A stretch of DNA of 62,686 bases, filler included. It is 7 parts of 7 records of this genome, joined end to end, with 100 filler letters (N's around TTAATTAATTAA, not from the genome) between each part and the next. Parts side by side here need not be neighbours in the genome. Positions count along the whole stretch, not along the records: positions 42,420 to 48,555 come from DRR723986_10161; positions 48,656 to 57,152 come from DRR723986_10170; 5 more parts are not named here. One strand, written 5' to 3'. Made by a program: the position numbers and the translations under genes. This document shows positions 44,667-54,946 of the stretch, in pieces (positions within the stretch are counted from its first letter, which is position 1; each line of letters begins with the position of its first letter). The notes under the pieces were generated by a model, which made no database searches, was not told the DNA's origin, and was given only the letters and a program-made list of their open reading frames with translations.

Positions 44667-45461
44667 ATGATCAGCGCAACCGATCTGCGGCTTACCTTTG
44701 GCAAAGGCACCCCGCTGGAAAACCCGGCCCTTCGGGGCATGAGCCTGACGGTAAACCAGGGCGAATTCGTGACGGTCATCGGCAGCAACGGCGCCGGCAA
44801 ATCCACCTTCCTGAACGCCCTCGCCGGCGAAGTCATGGTGGACAGCGGTCAGATTATCGTCGACAACCTGGACGTTACCCGGCTGCCCACCCATAAACGG
44901 GCGGCGCGGGTTGCCCGGGTGTTCCAGGACCCCCTGGCGGGCACCTGCGAAAACCTGTCCATTGAAGAAAACCTGGCACTGGCCATCAAACGTGGCCAAA
45001 GCCGAGGTCTCACCAGTGCGGTAAAAAAGCAGTATCTCGGGCAGTTCCGGGAAAGCCTTGCCACGCTGAAACTGGGCCTGGAAAACCGCCTGGGCGACAA
45101 AATGGGCCTGCTTTCGGGCGGCCAGCGCCAGGCCGTCAGCCTGCTGATGGCCAGTCTGACGCCCTCCAGCATACTGTTGCTGGATGAGCACACTGCCGCA
45201 CTGGACCCGAAAACCGCCAACTTCGTGCTGGAACTCACCCAGCAGATCATCGAGGAGCAGAAGCTCACCGCCCTGATGGTCACTCACAGCATGAAACAGG
45301 CACTGGAAGTCGGCAGCCGTACGGTGATGCTGCACCAAGGCCAGGTGGTATTCGATATTGCCGGTAAGGACCGGGACGGACTTGAAGTGAAAGACCTGCT
45401 GGGCCTGTTCGAGAAACAGCGCGGCCTGGAAGTGGACGACGACAGTCTGCTGTTGGGCTAA
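44667..45461 (+). CDS. ABC transporter ATP-binding protein
   Basis: GSNGAGKST, LSGGQRQ, LLDEHTAALDP. Confidence 0.94.
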   Translation: MISATDLRLTFGKGTPLENPALRGMSLTVNQGEFVTVIGSNGAGKSTFLNALAGEVMVDSGQIIVDNLDVTRLPTHKRAARVARVFQDPLAGTCENLSIEENLALAIKRGQSRGLTSAVKKQYLGQFRESLATLKLGLENRLGDKMGLLSGGQRQAVSLLMASLTPSSILLLDEHTAALDPKTANFVLELTQQIIEEQKLTALMVTHSMKQALEVGSRTVMLHQGQVVFDIAGKDRDGLEVKDLLGLFEKQRGLEVDDDSLLLG

Positions 45462-45475
45462 AGCGCCCGACCAAC

Positions 45476-45504
45476 AAAAACGGGGCCCCCACGGCCCCGT
45501 TTTT
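45476..45504. terminator. Bidirectional intrinsic terminator
   Basis: AAAAACGGGGCC-CCCAC-GGCCCCGTTTTT between convergent genes. Confidence 0.88.
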
Positions 45505-45521
45505 GTTTCTACTCAACCATA

Positions 45522-46340
45522 TTAGTGGCCGTAGATCACCATCTGGGTATTGGTGATGGCCAGGTCGTCCATGAAGATACTACCAATGGACGTACCACCC
45601 ACCAACACACCGCCAATGGTCATATCGGCACGGAACGAATCCATATCCACCGCCAGGCTGTCGACACCGAGGCTGTTAGAGCCCTTGTAGATATCGAGGT
45701 CCACCTTGGCGAACAGATCCGGAATGTTCTTGTTGCGAACCGGGTCATAGGTATCACCGGTCAGACGCAAGTCCCGGATACCCACCGCCAGGAACGGTGC
45801 GTCAAACTCCATGTTGTCGATGGAGATATCGGCGCGCAGATTCATCACGTCCGTATCGGCATCAATCTCGATATTGGCACCGCCCATCAGGATATCGGCA
45901 GTGAAATTATCGAAGATGGTGGTGGAGTCCGTAGTGCCGACCAGGTTCCATTGGTCAGTCGAGACCCGCACATCCACCGCACCGAACATCTGCGGCAGCA
46001 CGTTGATGATGGCATCACCGTCACTGAGCACATCAACTTCAATGCGGATATTATCCAGCAGGTCGGTTTGCTGAGCGGCGCCACCCGTCAGGTTAACACC
46101 AAGCTCGGAAAACAGATCGCTACGGTTGGTACCACCTACGAAGATGTTGTTGATCTCAAGAGAACCCTCATCGGTGTAAATAAACCGATCAATGTTCAGC
46201 TTGGTCTCCAACTCAATGGTCACACCCGCCTGGCCGGTGATGTTTCCCATTGTGGTTTCGTCCAACGGTTGAAACGCCAGGGCGGCTGGGGGGGCCCCGG
46301 CAACGCATAGCGCAAGAACGGTAGGTTTCAGGCCTTTCAT
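45522..46340 (-). CDS. DUF6160 / FilA-like secreted protein
   Basis: Signal peptide; LDETTMGNITGQAGVTI, YTDEG; ends in IYGH. Confidence 0.75.
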   Translation of the reverse strand: MKGLKPTVLALCVAGAPPAALAFQPLDETTMGNITGQAGVTIELETKLNIDRFIYTDEGSLEINNIFVGGTNRSDLFSELGVNLTGGAAQQTDLLDNIRIEVDVLSDGDAIINVLPQMFGAVDVRVSTDQWNLVGTTDSTTIFDNFTADILMGGANIEIDADTDVMNLRADISIDNMEFDAPFLAVGIRDLRLTGDTYDPVRNKNIPDLFAKVDLDIYKGSNSLGVDSLAVDMDSFRADMTIGGVLVGGTSIGSIFMDDLAITNTQMVIYGH

Positions 46341-46491
46341 TGTTCTTTTCCTTTTATAGTCATTATCACTTCCTATGGGCCACTGCAAAATTACGACGCC
46401 ACCGTCACACTCTACCGACACGTCGTTTTTGGATACGTGCAGAAGTCACAAAAACCTGCATTCCACAACTTTTCAGGCGCACACTTTTTAA

Positions 46492-46507
46492 CCACAACAT
46501 GTAGTAA
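46492..46507. promoter_or_regulatory. NrdR box (distal)
   Basis: CCACAACATGTAGTAA against consensus acaCwAtATaTwGtgt. Confidence 0.5.
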
Positions 46508-46614
46508 TCTGCAGAGAAACCGGCAATGGCGCGGCTTCCCGCAGATTCAAGAACTTTTCCATTGTTTTTCTTTGCCCACAGGCACCAATCAATAGTTGCT
46601 CTCTTATTCACAGA

Positions 46615-46662
46615 ACACTATATCCTGTTATACTTCCCAAAAAATAAGCCCATATATAGGGC
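46615..46662. promoter_or_regulatory. Tandem NrdR boxes
   Basis: ACACTATATCCTGTTA (46615) and AGCCCATATATAGGGC (46647), 32 bp apart, upstream of nrdJ. Confidence 0.75.
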
Positions 46663-46780
46663 CGGATACGCCAACACCTACTGATTGTCAAGCAGTAGAA
46701 ATGCCAGCAGACACAAGGCTGGCAGCAGTGATCAACACAAAATTCCGGTTATGAAAAGCAGTCTTCCCGGCCAGGCACGA

Positions 46781-46796
46781 ACACCATATATAGTGA
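46781..46796. promoter_or_regulatory. NrdR box (proximal)
   Basis: ACACCATATATAGTGA, near-consensus. Confidence 0.75.
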
Positions 46797-46897
46797 TTCT
46801 GCTGGCGCGATAACCAATGCAGTACCAGAAACACACAGGGGTAAGGCGCTGAGGACGGCGTCTTCAAAAACAGACATACTGAAAACCGAGGGTGGCA

Positions 46898-48555
46898 ATG
46901 AACGCTAAGGCACAGGCAGTGATCACGACGATTCCCATGCAGGAAGCTTCGCTGGACATCTGGAGCAGCAAGTACCAGCTCAAGACCAAGACCGGCGAGC
47001 CTGTCGACAAAGACATCAACGCAACTTACGAGCGCGTAGCCAAGGCGCTGGCGGAAGTTGAGAACAAGAATGTACGCAGCAAGTACATGAAGGAATTCCT
47101 GTGGGCGCTGCAGAACGGTGCCATTCCGGCCGGCCGCATTACCTCTAACGCCGGCGCAGAAGCCCATAAACCTGCCACTTCAACAATCAACTGCACCGTG
47201 TCTGGCACCATTGACGACTCCATGAACGATATCCTGGAGAAAAACCACGAAGCGGGCCTCACCCTCAAGGCCGGCTGTGGTATCGGTTACGAGTTCTCAA
47301 CCCTGCGCCCACGCGGTGCCTATGTTGCCGGCGCTGGTGCCACCACCTCTGGCCCGCTGTCGTTCATGGATATCTTCGACCGGATGTGCTTCACCGTGTC
47401 CTCTGCCGGTGGCCGCCGCGGTGCCCAGATGGCCACCTTCGACGTACACCACCCGGACGTGATCGAATTCATCCAGGCCAAGCGGGAAGACGGCCGCCTG
47501 CGCCAGTTCAACCTGTCCCTGCTGATCACCGAAGACTTCATCGAAGCCGTGCGCAACGGAGACGACTGGCACCTGTCCTTCCCGGTTACCCAGAAAGAAG
47601 CCGACGACGAAGGCCTGGACCTGACCGACGCCAGCCAGTTCGTCTACCGTGACTTCCCGGTACAGGAAGGCTACGTGGTGAACAACGAAGGCAAGGTCGC
47701 CTGCCGCATCTACAAAACGATGAAAGCCCAGTTCATCTGGGACACCATCATGACCAGCACCTACGACTACGCCGAGCCAGGTTTCATCCTGATCGACAAG
47801 GTCAACCAGATGAACAACAACTGGTTCTGCGAAGACATCCGAGCCACCAACCCCTGTGGCGAGCAGCCCCTGCCCCCGTACGGCAGCTGCCTGCTGGGTT
47901 CCGTGAACCTCACCAAGTTCGTTGAGTACCCGTTCACCGAGAAAGCCAGCTTCAACTACGAGAAGTACCGCAAAGTGGTTGGCACCTTCACCCGTATGCT
48001 GGACAACGTAGTCGAAATCAACGGCCTGCCCCTGGGCGAACAGCGCCACGAGATCACCTACAAGCGTCGCCACGGTATGGGCATTCTGGGCCTGGGCTCC
48101 ACCCTCGCCATGCTGCGCATGCCTTACGGCTCTGACGAGTCCGTGAAGTTTACCGAAGAAGTGGTTCGTGAAATGGCGGTAGAAGGCTGGCGCCAGTCCC
48201 TGGCCCTGGCCGAAGAGAAAGGCCCGGCGCCAATCATGGACGACGAGTTTGAAGTAACGCCGAAGATGATGACCAAGTGCCCGAAACTGGCCGAAGACGG
48301 CATCAAGGTCGGCGACAAGGTCAAAGGCAAGGTACTGCACGCCAAGTACAGTGCCTACATGGGCCGTATTGCCGAAGTAGAGCCGGAGCTGGTAGCCAAA
48401 CTGGCCGAGAAAGGTGGCCGCTTCACCCACCACACCTCCATTGCCCCGACCGGCACCATCAGCCTGTCCCTGGCCAACAACGCCAGTAACGGCATTGAAC
48501 CGAGCTTCTCTCACCACTACGCCCGGAACATCATTCGTGAAGGCCGTAAAACCAA
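46898..48555 (+). CDS. nrdJ: Class II (adenosylcobalamin-dependent) ribonucleotide reductase, 3'-truncated
   Basis: PAGRI, TINCTV, RRGAQM, ATNPCGEQPL, IAPTGTIS, GIEP. Confidence 0.95.
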
Positions 48556-48655
48556 NNNNNNNNNNNNNNNNNNNNNNNNNNNNNNNNNNNNNNNNNNNNT
48601 TAATTAATTAANNNNNNNNNNNNNNNNNNNNNNNNNNNNNNNNNNNNNNNNNNNN
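48556..48655. other. Artificial contig linker
   Basis: N44-TTAATTAATTAA-N44. Confidence 0.99.
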
Positions 48656-48910
48656 GCCACCGCCACCAGAAGGCCATGACCATATTAATTATTCAAACAC
48701 ATACCTCTCCTTCCCCGAATTATCGGGTCTTTAATTTTGAACGCTACATTTCTTCTGCCTGCGGCAGTGCGCTTCGTAAATTACAGTTCGGCTCTTAACG
48801 CCTGCCGAACCCTGAATTCGCTCCGGAGCTTTAACAAGTTCAAATTGCGAACAAAAGGCCGCACCAAACAAGCGCACTTTGCTAAAGTGACTGTAATCGC
48901 GCATGAACGG
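48656..48910. repeat. Copy 2 of the element at 1-267
   Basis: Same first 29 nt, same conserved blocks and hairpins as copy 1. Confidence 0.85.
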
Positions 48911-49069
48911 CTCTAAAAACTGATAATCTGTGCGGTAGACTAAAGGACTTTCAGTTTGGGGATCAGCGCCAAACAAAAAAATCAAAGAGCCTGAGACCAA
49001 GCGACACTGCAAGTGGCGGGCCGGGCTCAAAGCGATCATGCCTTTACTGAGTGTCAAACCCAAAAAACG

Positions 49070-49849
49070 TTAATCCTGACTGCCAGGTGCAAGGCGCCGG
49101 CGATTTGAGCTGCGCGGCCGTTTTTGCATCACACTGTGATGAAATGATACTAAGGACGGGAAGTACGCAACCTGCGGATTGAAGTCGGCGGGAGCTGCAG
49201 CTGCGAGTCTGTCGATCCAGGGCAAGTGGATCTGAATGTATTTTACTGCCAGGTTTTCTCGGTTGTGAACCGCAAAAAGTACGTCTTCAGTTACTTCATC
49301 GGCCGCCTGCGCACAGAATCTAAATTTTGCCAGGGGATGCGCGCCGGCCGGAAGTACAAGCGGAATCTCGTCAGAATAGTTAACTCCAATATTTTCCAGC
49401 AGGCTGTCCTCAAGCAAAATTTTTAACCGGTGCGTAATTTTGCTCCAACCCAATGGCATCCAGTTAGGGGCCGGCTTCCTGTTTTTAACATGTTGTGGTG
49501 CATTGATGAAGTCGCGTACAACATTGTCAAACAATCCATTGGCCTGAAACTTTATTAGATCCTCAATAATTTGTCCATCGGCGTCATAGCTGCTTTTGTC
49601 AATGATCTTATAGCCGCGTGAGGGAAAAAGATAATATCCATTGTTGAGCATGACATTAACTCGTAGTGCCGTCATATTCATGTCGTGGCGCAATGGCATG
49701 CCGGAGTTGATGTCCTGCAATTTGTGCTGAATTTCCGCAAAGTTTTCGTGACGTTCGATTACACCGCCGACCCTGCCCTGACGCGCATCCAGGACGCGCA
49801 GTTCGCATGTTCCGATTAAATGTTCGTGACTGAATATCTCTGCCTGCAT
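49070..49849 (-). CDS. Hypothetical protein
   Basis: Long ORF; likely start MQAEIFSHEHLIG; no family recognised. Confidence 0.65.
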   Translation of the reverse strand: MQAEIFSHEHLIGTCELRVLDARQGRVGGVIERHENFAEIQHKLQDINSGMPLRHDMNMTALRVNVMLNNGYYLFPSRGYKIIDKSSYDADGQIIEDLIKFQANGLFDNVVRDFINAPQHVKNRKPAPNWMPLGWSKITHRLKILLEDSLLENIGVNYSDEIPLVLPAGAHPLAKFRFCAQAADEVTEDVLFAVHNRENLAVKYIQIHLPWIDRLAAAAPADFNPQVAYFPSLVSFHHSVMQKRPRSSNRRRLAPGSQD

Positions 49850-49998
49850 ACGCTTGTTCCCGAATGTGTGGCGCAAAATAACATTGAAACCCAATTGCAA
49901 CAAAGCAAAATAGGCGCCGTAGGAACGGCATAACTCAGAAAGTCGGTCAGGCACGGCAGGTGTGCGGCACAAATGTTAACAATCCCCCCGAGAGCTGT

Positions 49999-51639
49999 AT
50001 GAATCCTTATTACGCTGTTTTTGCTGTTGTTATTGCAACGTTCTGTTCACAATTACTCAGCGCTCAAACGCTCAATGAGCGACTGGATCAAATGATGCAA
50101 ACGGAGTTTACGCCGGACGAACCCGGCGCCGTTGTGCTTGTAGCCAAAGATGGTAAACCCGTGTATGTAAGCGCGATTGGAATGGCCAATATGGAACTGT
50201 CCGTTCCACTGTCGGATCAAAGTGTGCTGCAGATTGGCTCGATTACGAAACAGTTTACCGCTACTGCGATTCTGATGCTGCAGGCGCAGGGCAAGCTGAA
50301 CATCAACGATGATATTACCAAGTACATTGCCGATTATCCAACGGCCGGGCATACGATAACGATTAAACAACTGCTAAATCATACTGCCGGTGTTAAAAGT
50401 TATACGTCAATGCAGAGTTGGGCCGAAATCTGGCGGCAGGACTTAACACCCCTGGAACTGATAGATGTGTTTAAGGATGAGGAGATGGACTTTGCGCCCG
50501 GTGAGCAGTTCAGCTATAGTAACTCGGGCTACATTCTGCTTGGGTATATAATTGAAGTGGCATCCGGCCAAACGTACGAGGAATTCATTGAGTCCAATAT
50601 CTTTGCGCCGCTTGGAATGGAAAATTCAATGTATGGCAAACGCGGTGAATTAATCACAAACCGCGCGTCAGGTTATCAGTCAGACGGCGTCGATTTTGTT
50701 AATGCCGAGTATCTGAGCTTGACGCAGCCTTATGCCGCCGGTTCAATCATGTCAACAGTCGGCGACCTCCTGATCTGGAATCAGGCCGTAATGAGCGGCA
50801 AACTTGTTAACAAAGAGTTGCTGGCGCAGGCTTTTGTGGACAACAAAACTGCTTCCGGCGAAGAGACTGGTTACGGGTTTGGCTGGATGATGGACGAAAT
50901 TAACGGCAGCCCGACAATCGAACATTCCGGCGGTATTTTTGGGTTCTCCAGCAATGGAATTTACATGCCCGATCAGGACGTCTACGCGGTTGTTTTGGCC
51001 AACAGCAGAACACGCTCAGCCGGTTCACTCTCTACGCGCATGGCAGCACTGGTGGCTGGAGTGCCGTTTCCGGATAAAACAAATATCGTGGATATCAACA
51101 GCGAGTTCGCACAGGGGCTCGAAGGTTTGTACGAATTTGAGGACGGCAGCGAACGGGTGATTACATTTGCAGACGGGCAATTGTATTCAACACGTAGCGG
51201 TAATAAGTTAAAGTTGTTCCACTTTGGCGATAATCGCTTTTTCTTTGAAAACAGAATTGGGCATCTGCACTTTGCGGAAGGCCCCGAAGGAATCCAGGCC
51301 ACCTACACGCGCCGCTCTTACACTACTGAGGGCAAGTTGACGGGCATGGCGCCACCGGAACGTGTCTCTATTGAGCTTGATGACGCGGCTCTGGCGAAAT
51401 TGGTCGGTACGTTTAACCTGATGCCTGGATTTGATATAGTGTTCACAGCCGAAAACGGTACACTCATCACGCAGGCGACGGGGCAGGGCAAGGTCGAGCT
51501 TTCGGCTGAATCCGCGACGCTGTTTTTTGTGACACAGTTGGATGCGCAGTTCGAATTTTTGGCCGATGACGCGGGCGCGTATAATGTGGTTGTGTTAACT
51601 CAGGGGGGCCAAACGCTCGAAGGTAAACGCATTAAGTAA
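49999..51639 (+). CDS. Serine hydrolase (class C beta-lactamase/peptidase S12) with C-terminal DUF3471-like domains
   Basis: Signal peptide; GSITK (SxxK), LLNHTAG, YSN, HSG. Confidence 0.9.
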   Translation: MNPYYAVFAVVIATFCSQLLSAQTLNERLDQMMQTEFTPDEPGAVVLVAKDGKPVYVSAIGMANMELSVPLSDQSVLQIGSITKQFTATAILMLQAQGKLNINDDITKYIADYPTAGHTITIKQLLNHTAGVKSYTSMQSWAEIWRQDLTPLELIDVFKDEEMDFAPGEQFSYSNSGYILLGYIIEVASGQTYEEFIESNIFAPLGMENSMYGKRGELITNRASGYQSDGVDFVNAEYLSLTQPYAAGSIMSTVGDLLIWNQAVMSGKLVNKELLAQAFVDNKTASGEETGYGFGWMMDEINGSPTIEHSGGIFGFSSNGIYMPDQDVYAVVLANSRTRSAGSLSTRMAALVAGVPFPDKTNIVDINSEFAQGLEGLYEFEDGSERVITFADGQLYSTRSGNKLKLFHFGDNRFFFENRIGHLHFAEGPEGIQATYTRRSYTTEGKLTGMAPPERVSIELDDAALAKLVGTFNLMPGFDIVFTAENGTLITQATGQGKVELSAESATLFFVTQLDAQFEFLADDAGAYNVVVLTQGGQTLEGKRIK

Positions 51640-51976
51640 AAAGCTTTTAACAGAACATCAGCCCCGCGATTTCAGTATTGAATACTGCCGTCGCGTGGCT
51701 GTTTTATTTAAGTGCGGTTGTGAGTCTCTAGAGTTTGTGGCGGGCAAGGTGAATTGCGCATTCCAGAACAACAACTACCAAGATATTCAAAAAAGTCTGA
51801 GAACCGAACGCAGTGAGTGTGCTCAAAGCGCTCATGCCAAGCCTGGACAAATCTTCAAACTAGACTGTATCAAACCGCGCGCGCCTGCGTAGAGCCTGGG
51901 AGTTAATCGGCCTGCAGTGCCGTCCATACGTGGAAAGTAGATCACATTTTAGTATAAGGTCGAAAGGAAAACTGCT

Positions 51977-52834
51977 ATGAGTCAAAAGTTGGAGCTGTAC
52001 AACCAGAAGTTGCGCGCGATTGTCCTGACCCTGATTCTGTTAACAATTCTAATTTTTGCTGTTGTGTCCGCAGTCGATTTTATTGGCAACCTAATCTCTG
52101 ATTGGGGCGGCTCGGACAGCACACCGCGCGGAATTACCTTAAACAAAGAATCGCAAACCGAAGGCGTGACCGATGCTGATGCGCCAACACAAAATCTGAC
52201 ACACAAAGTGTTGCGCGACCAACTGATAAGTTATCAGGATCCAGCCCAACTTGACAGCTCCGCCGGGCTGTATCTTGTTCCGGTAACACATATACAGCTG
52301 GACGTCTCTGAAGGCGTTGAAGTTGACGAGTACCCGGCGCTACGCGGATCGGGATCGTCAAAGTTTGGCAGCAGGCGTCGCCACCTGGTTTCCGGGCGTG
52401 ATGTTAACAACTTAATTGTGTTTGATCCCTTAACTGATTCTAAAACCGCCGTGTTTAATAAACGAACTTATGTGCATCGTTATGAATATATGCGCATTTT
52501 AGGCCGGAAACTTCTGCTGCTGGAAGTCAGCCAGGACGACAGCAATGCGGATGGCGCGCTGAATCAGCACGACCTGCGTGCCTTGCAGGTTTATGACATT
52601 GAACATAAGTCCATGCGTGAATTTGCTTTTGAAGGCCTGGCTTATGTGGAGCACTTCCACGTAGAAGATTCGCAGACCTTTTTGCTGAAGTACAAAGCTG
52701 ATAGAAATGGCAATGGGATGGTGGACGAAGGCCGTGAGCCGACCGTAATTAAACAGCTCAACCTCAAGACCTACGCGATTCAAGACTTTGTGGATGCCAA
52801 AATGGCTGAGAAACTGCAGACCTTAATCGATTAA
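51977..52834 (+). CDS. Membrane-anchored hypothetical protein with two DxDxDG-like loops
   Basis: N-terminal TM helix; DSNADGALN and DRNGNGMVD. Confidence 0.7.
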   Translation: MSQKLELYNQKLRAIVLTLILLTILIFAVVSAVDFIGNLISDWGGSDSTPRGITLNKESQTEGVTDADAPTQNLTHKVLRDQLISYQDPAQLDSSAGLYLVPVTHIQLDVSEGVEVDEYPALRGSGSSKFGSRRRHLVSGRDVNNLIVFDPLTDSKTAVFNKRTYVHRYEYMRILGRKLLLLEVSQDDSNADGALNQHDLRALQVYDIEHKSMREFAFEGLAYVEHFHVEDSQTFLLKYKADRNGNGMVDEGREPTVIKQLNLKTYAIQDFVDAKMAEKLQTLID

Positions 52835-52844
52835 CATTTGTGTG

Positions 52845-53300
52845 TCAATCTTTATCATCAGCCGGCCAGAAGGTACTTGAGGGACGTTCGGCCGGCACCA
52901 GAAACAGTTCGAGTGTCATGCCCATCGGATCCTGAATTGAATAGCCCCAGTAACCATCGTTGCGCCATTCGGGATACTCCGCAAATGTGGGGACGTCGGA
53001 CCTTCGAATCGATTCACACAGCTCCGCAAAGTCAGCTTCTTCGACTTTTACAGAAAACGAGGGAGTGGGGGAGGTGCCTTGGCGCCATCCCGGCTGCCAG
53101 GCCCATTCCTTGTTAACCGGCACATGTTCGGAATGTTTAAAGAACATGAGTTCAAAACCGCCGCAATCAACATCCATGTGTTCACCCGGGCTGTAGTGCA
53201 GGAGCGGCATGTTAAGCAGGTCAACGTAGAAGGCCTTCATGGCTTCGACGTCGTTACAGAGATTAAACATGTGAACGAAGGTTGTGGGGGAGTTGGGCAT
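52845..53300 (-). CDS. VOC/glyoxalase family protein
   Basis: H..L.CNDVEAMKAFYVDLL ... GYWG..IQDPMG..LEL. Confidence 0.85.
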   Translation of the reverse strand: MPNSPTTFVHMFNLCNDVEAMKAFYVDLLNMPLLHYSPGEHMDVDCGGFELMFFKHSEHVPVNKEWAWQPGWRQGTSPTPSFSVKVEEADFAELCESIRRSDVPTFAEYPEWRNDGYWGYSIQDPMGMTLELFLVPAERPSSTFWPADDKD

Positions 53301-53383
53301 GGGGGGCTCCTAAACGCTGATTGATTTGATCTATATTTCAACCTAGATATTAACGAACGCTAGTAGTGCAAACATTTTCAGCC

Positions 53384-54946
53384 TCACTCCACCGCACTGG
53401 CTACCTGTTTAACTTCACTCTCGCGACCGTTGCGGTCCACAGCCTTGACGCTGAACTCAAAGCGCGAGTTTTCGTACCTGCGGCTTACCTCAAAAACCTG
53501 AATGTGCATGTTGCCATCCTCCAGGTATTCCCATTCGCCATGCCGTTCACGCGTAATCGAACCGTTGCCTTCCAGCTCAATTTTGATGCGATTGCCGCTT
53601 TGCGGACCGCCGTAGGCGCGCGTGCGTACAATGGCCAGTCCCCGCTGAAAGCTGACTTCGGCAACTTCGGGGCGCGGGAAATCCCTGACGGGAATAACTT
53701 TGCTGCTGCTGATAGTTTTGCCGTTAACACTGCGGATCAACTCAAAGTCTTCGCCGATGTCACTGCGCTGCGCGGTAAACTGGAAGACTTCGCCCTGCAC
53801 ACTCACGTGGCGCTCACGGCCACTGCCGTCGCGCAGAATCGCCTTGATTTCCTGGCCTACCAGCGCCGGAAAACGCGGATCAATCTTGTATGTTAAGTCC
53901 GGATACATGATGTCGGGAACCGCTGCGGCCGGCAGGGGACGCGTATGCACGCTAAAATCCAGTTCCGCAAACTGCCCATCGCTGGCGCGCCGCAGCCGCA
54001 AGTTCACAGTCATCGAGCCCTCAGTCGGCGCCGCGCCGTCAAGCTCAATTGCACCATTGCTAATCGACTTAATCTCGGCGCTGCCCGAACCGCTCACCGT
54101 CAGATTCGGCGAGCCATCCAGGTCGTTGTTTAAGTCCAGGCCACCAACCACGACGCGGTTATTCCAGCGCGCATTTGCCACCGCATACACCGCCAGATTC
54201 GCCGGGGTGAGTGTGACGTTACCTGCCGGCGCCGCCACGATCGTAATCGGGCTGTCGCCCTCCTGATAAATAATTCGTGTGATCGTGTCTGGCGGGACGG
54301 GCTGCGGAGAATTGGCCGCAATAATCACATCACCAACAAACGTGACCGAGAGCTGGAAACGCGCATCGGCGTCCACGCGGTGGTCACCTTCTTCGATAAT
54401 TTTTTCCAGCTGGCGGCGCTGTTCCGGCGATTGAATACTGCCGGGCACCAGTGGCTTGGCATTGGCTTCAACCACAACCGTGTAGACGGCGCGGTCTCCG
54501 CTGCTCAAATCCGGCTTCCAGGTAAACAGCGCTTTGTTGCCTTCTTCAATTCGGTTGTAACCATAACCAATGTTGGAACCCAGTGCGCGATCCGCATCGA
54601 TCACATAGGATTCGTTGCGCTCCACATCCAGGATCGTGAAGTCGTACTGCACGTCCGTGACATTACCCTTGGTAAAGATGATATTCGCGGAGTCGAGTGA
54701 GATAATCTGCAGGCCACTCTCGGTGCGGCGCGCCGTGCAGTTGAGCAGATTTTTTTCAGCCTGGATGTTAAAATTTGTCTGCAGAAGTCCAATCACAAGC
54801 TCTTCGTCCGGCTTGGTGTCCGTGCCGGGTTTATCGAGCAGCAGCAGTAGCAGGGCTGTTAAATACAGCACAAAATAAATCTCTACCGTGCGGCGGGATC
54901 GCGGTGGGCGGGGCACATGTTGCATGCCTTTGGACGACTGTTTCAT
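53384..54946 (-). CDS. Single-TM protein with large beta-rich periplasmic region; putative divergent GldM/PorM-like
   Basis: RRTVEIYFVLYLTALLLL TM segment; ATGA coupling to the upstream GldL-like gene. The ORF is secure, the family call is tentative. Confidence 0.55.
   Translation of the reverse strand: MKQSSKGMQHVPRPPRSRRTVEIYFVLYLTALLLLLLDKPGTDTKPDEELVIGLLQTNFNIQAEKNLLNCTARRTESGLQIISLDSANIIFTKGNVTDVQYDFTILDVERNESYVIDADRALGSNIGYGYNRIEEGNKALFTWKPDLSSGDRAVYTVVVEANAKPLVPGSIQSPEQRRQLEKIIEEGDHRVDADARFQLSVTFVGDVIIAANSPQPVPPDTITRIIYQEGDSPITIVAAPAGNVTLTPANLAVYAVANARWNNRVVVGGLDLNNDLDGSPNLTVSGSGSAEIKSISNGAIELDGAAPTEGSMTVNLRLRRASDGQFAELDFSVHTRPLPAAAVPDIMYPDLTYKIDPRFPALVGQEIKAILRDGSGRERHVSVQGEVFQFTAQRSDIGEDFELIRSVNGKTISSSKVIPVRDFPRPEVAEVSFQRGLAIVRTRAYGGPQSGNRIKIELEGNGSITRERHGEWEYLEDGNMHIQVFEVSRRYENSRFEFSVKAVDRNGRESEVKQVASAVE

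Noticed and set aside
46898-48555. Intein or intron in nrdJ (also checked dnaE)
   Set aside because: Catalytic motifs are contiguous (TNPCGEQ intact) and lengths are normal; the truncation is the contig end.
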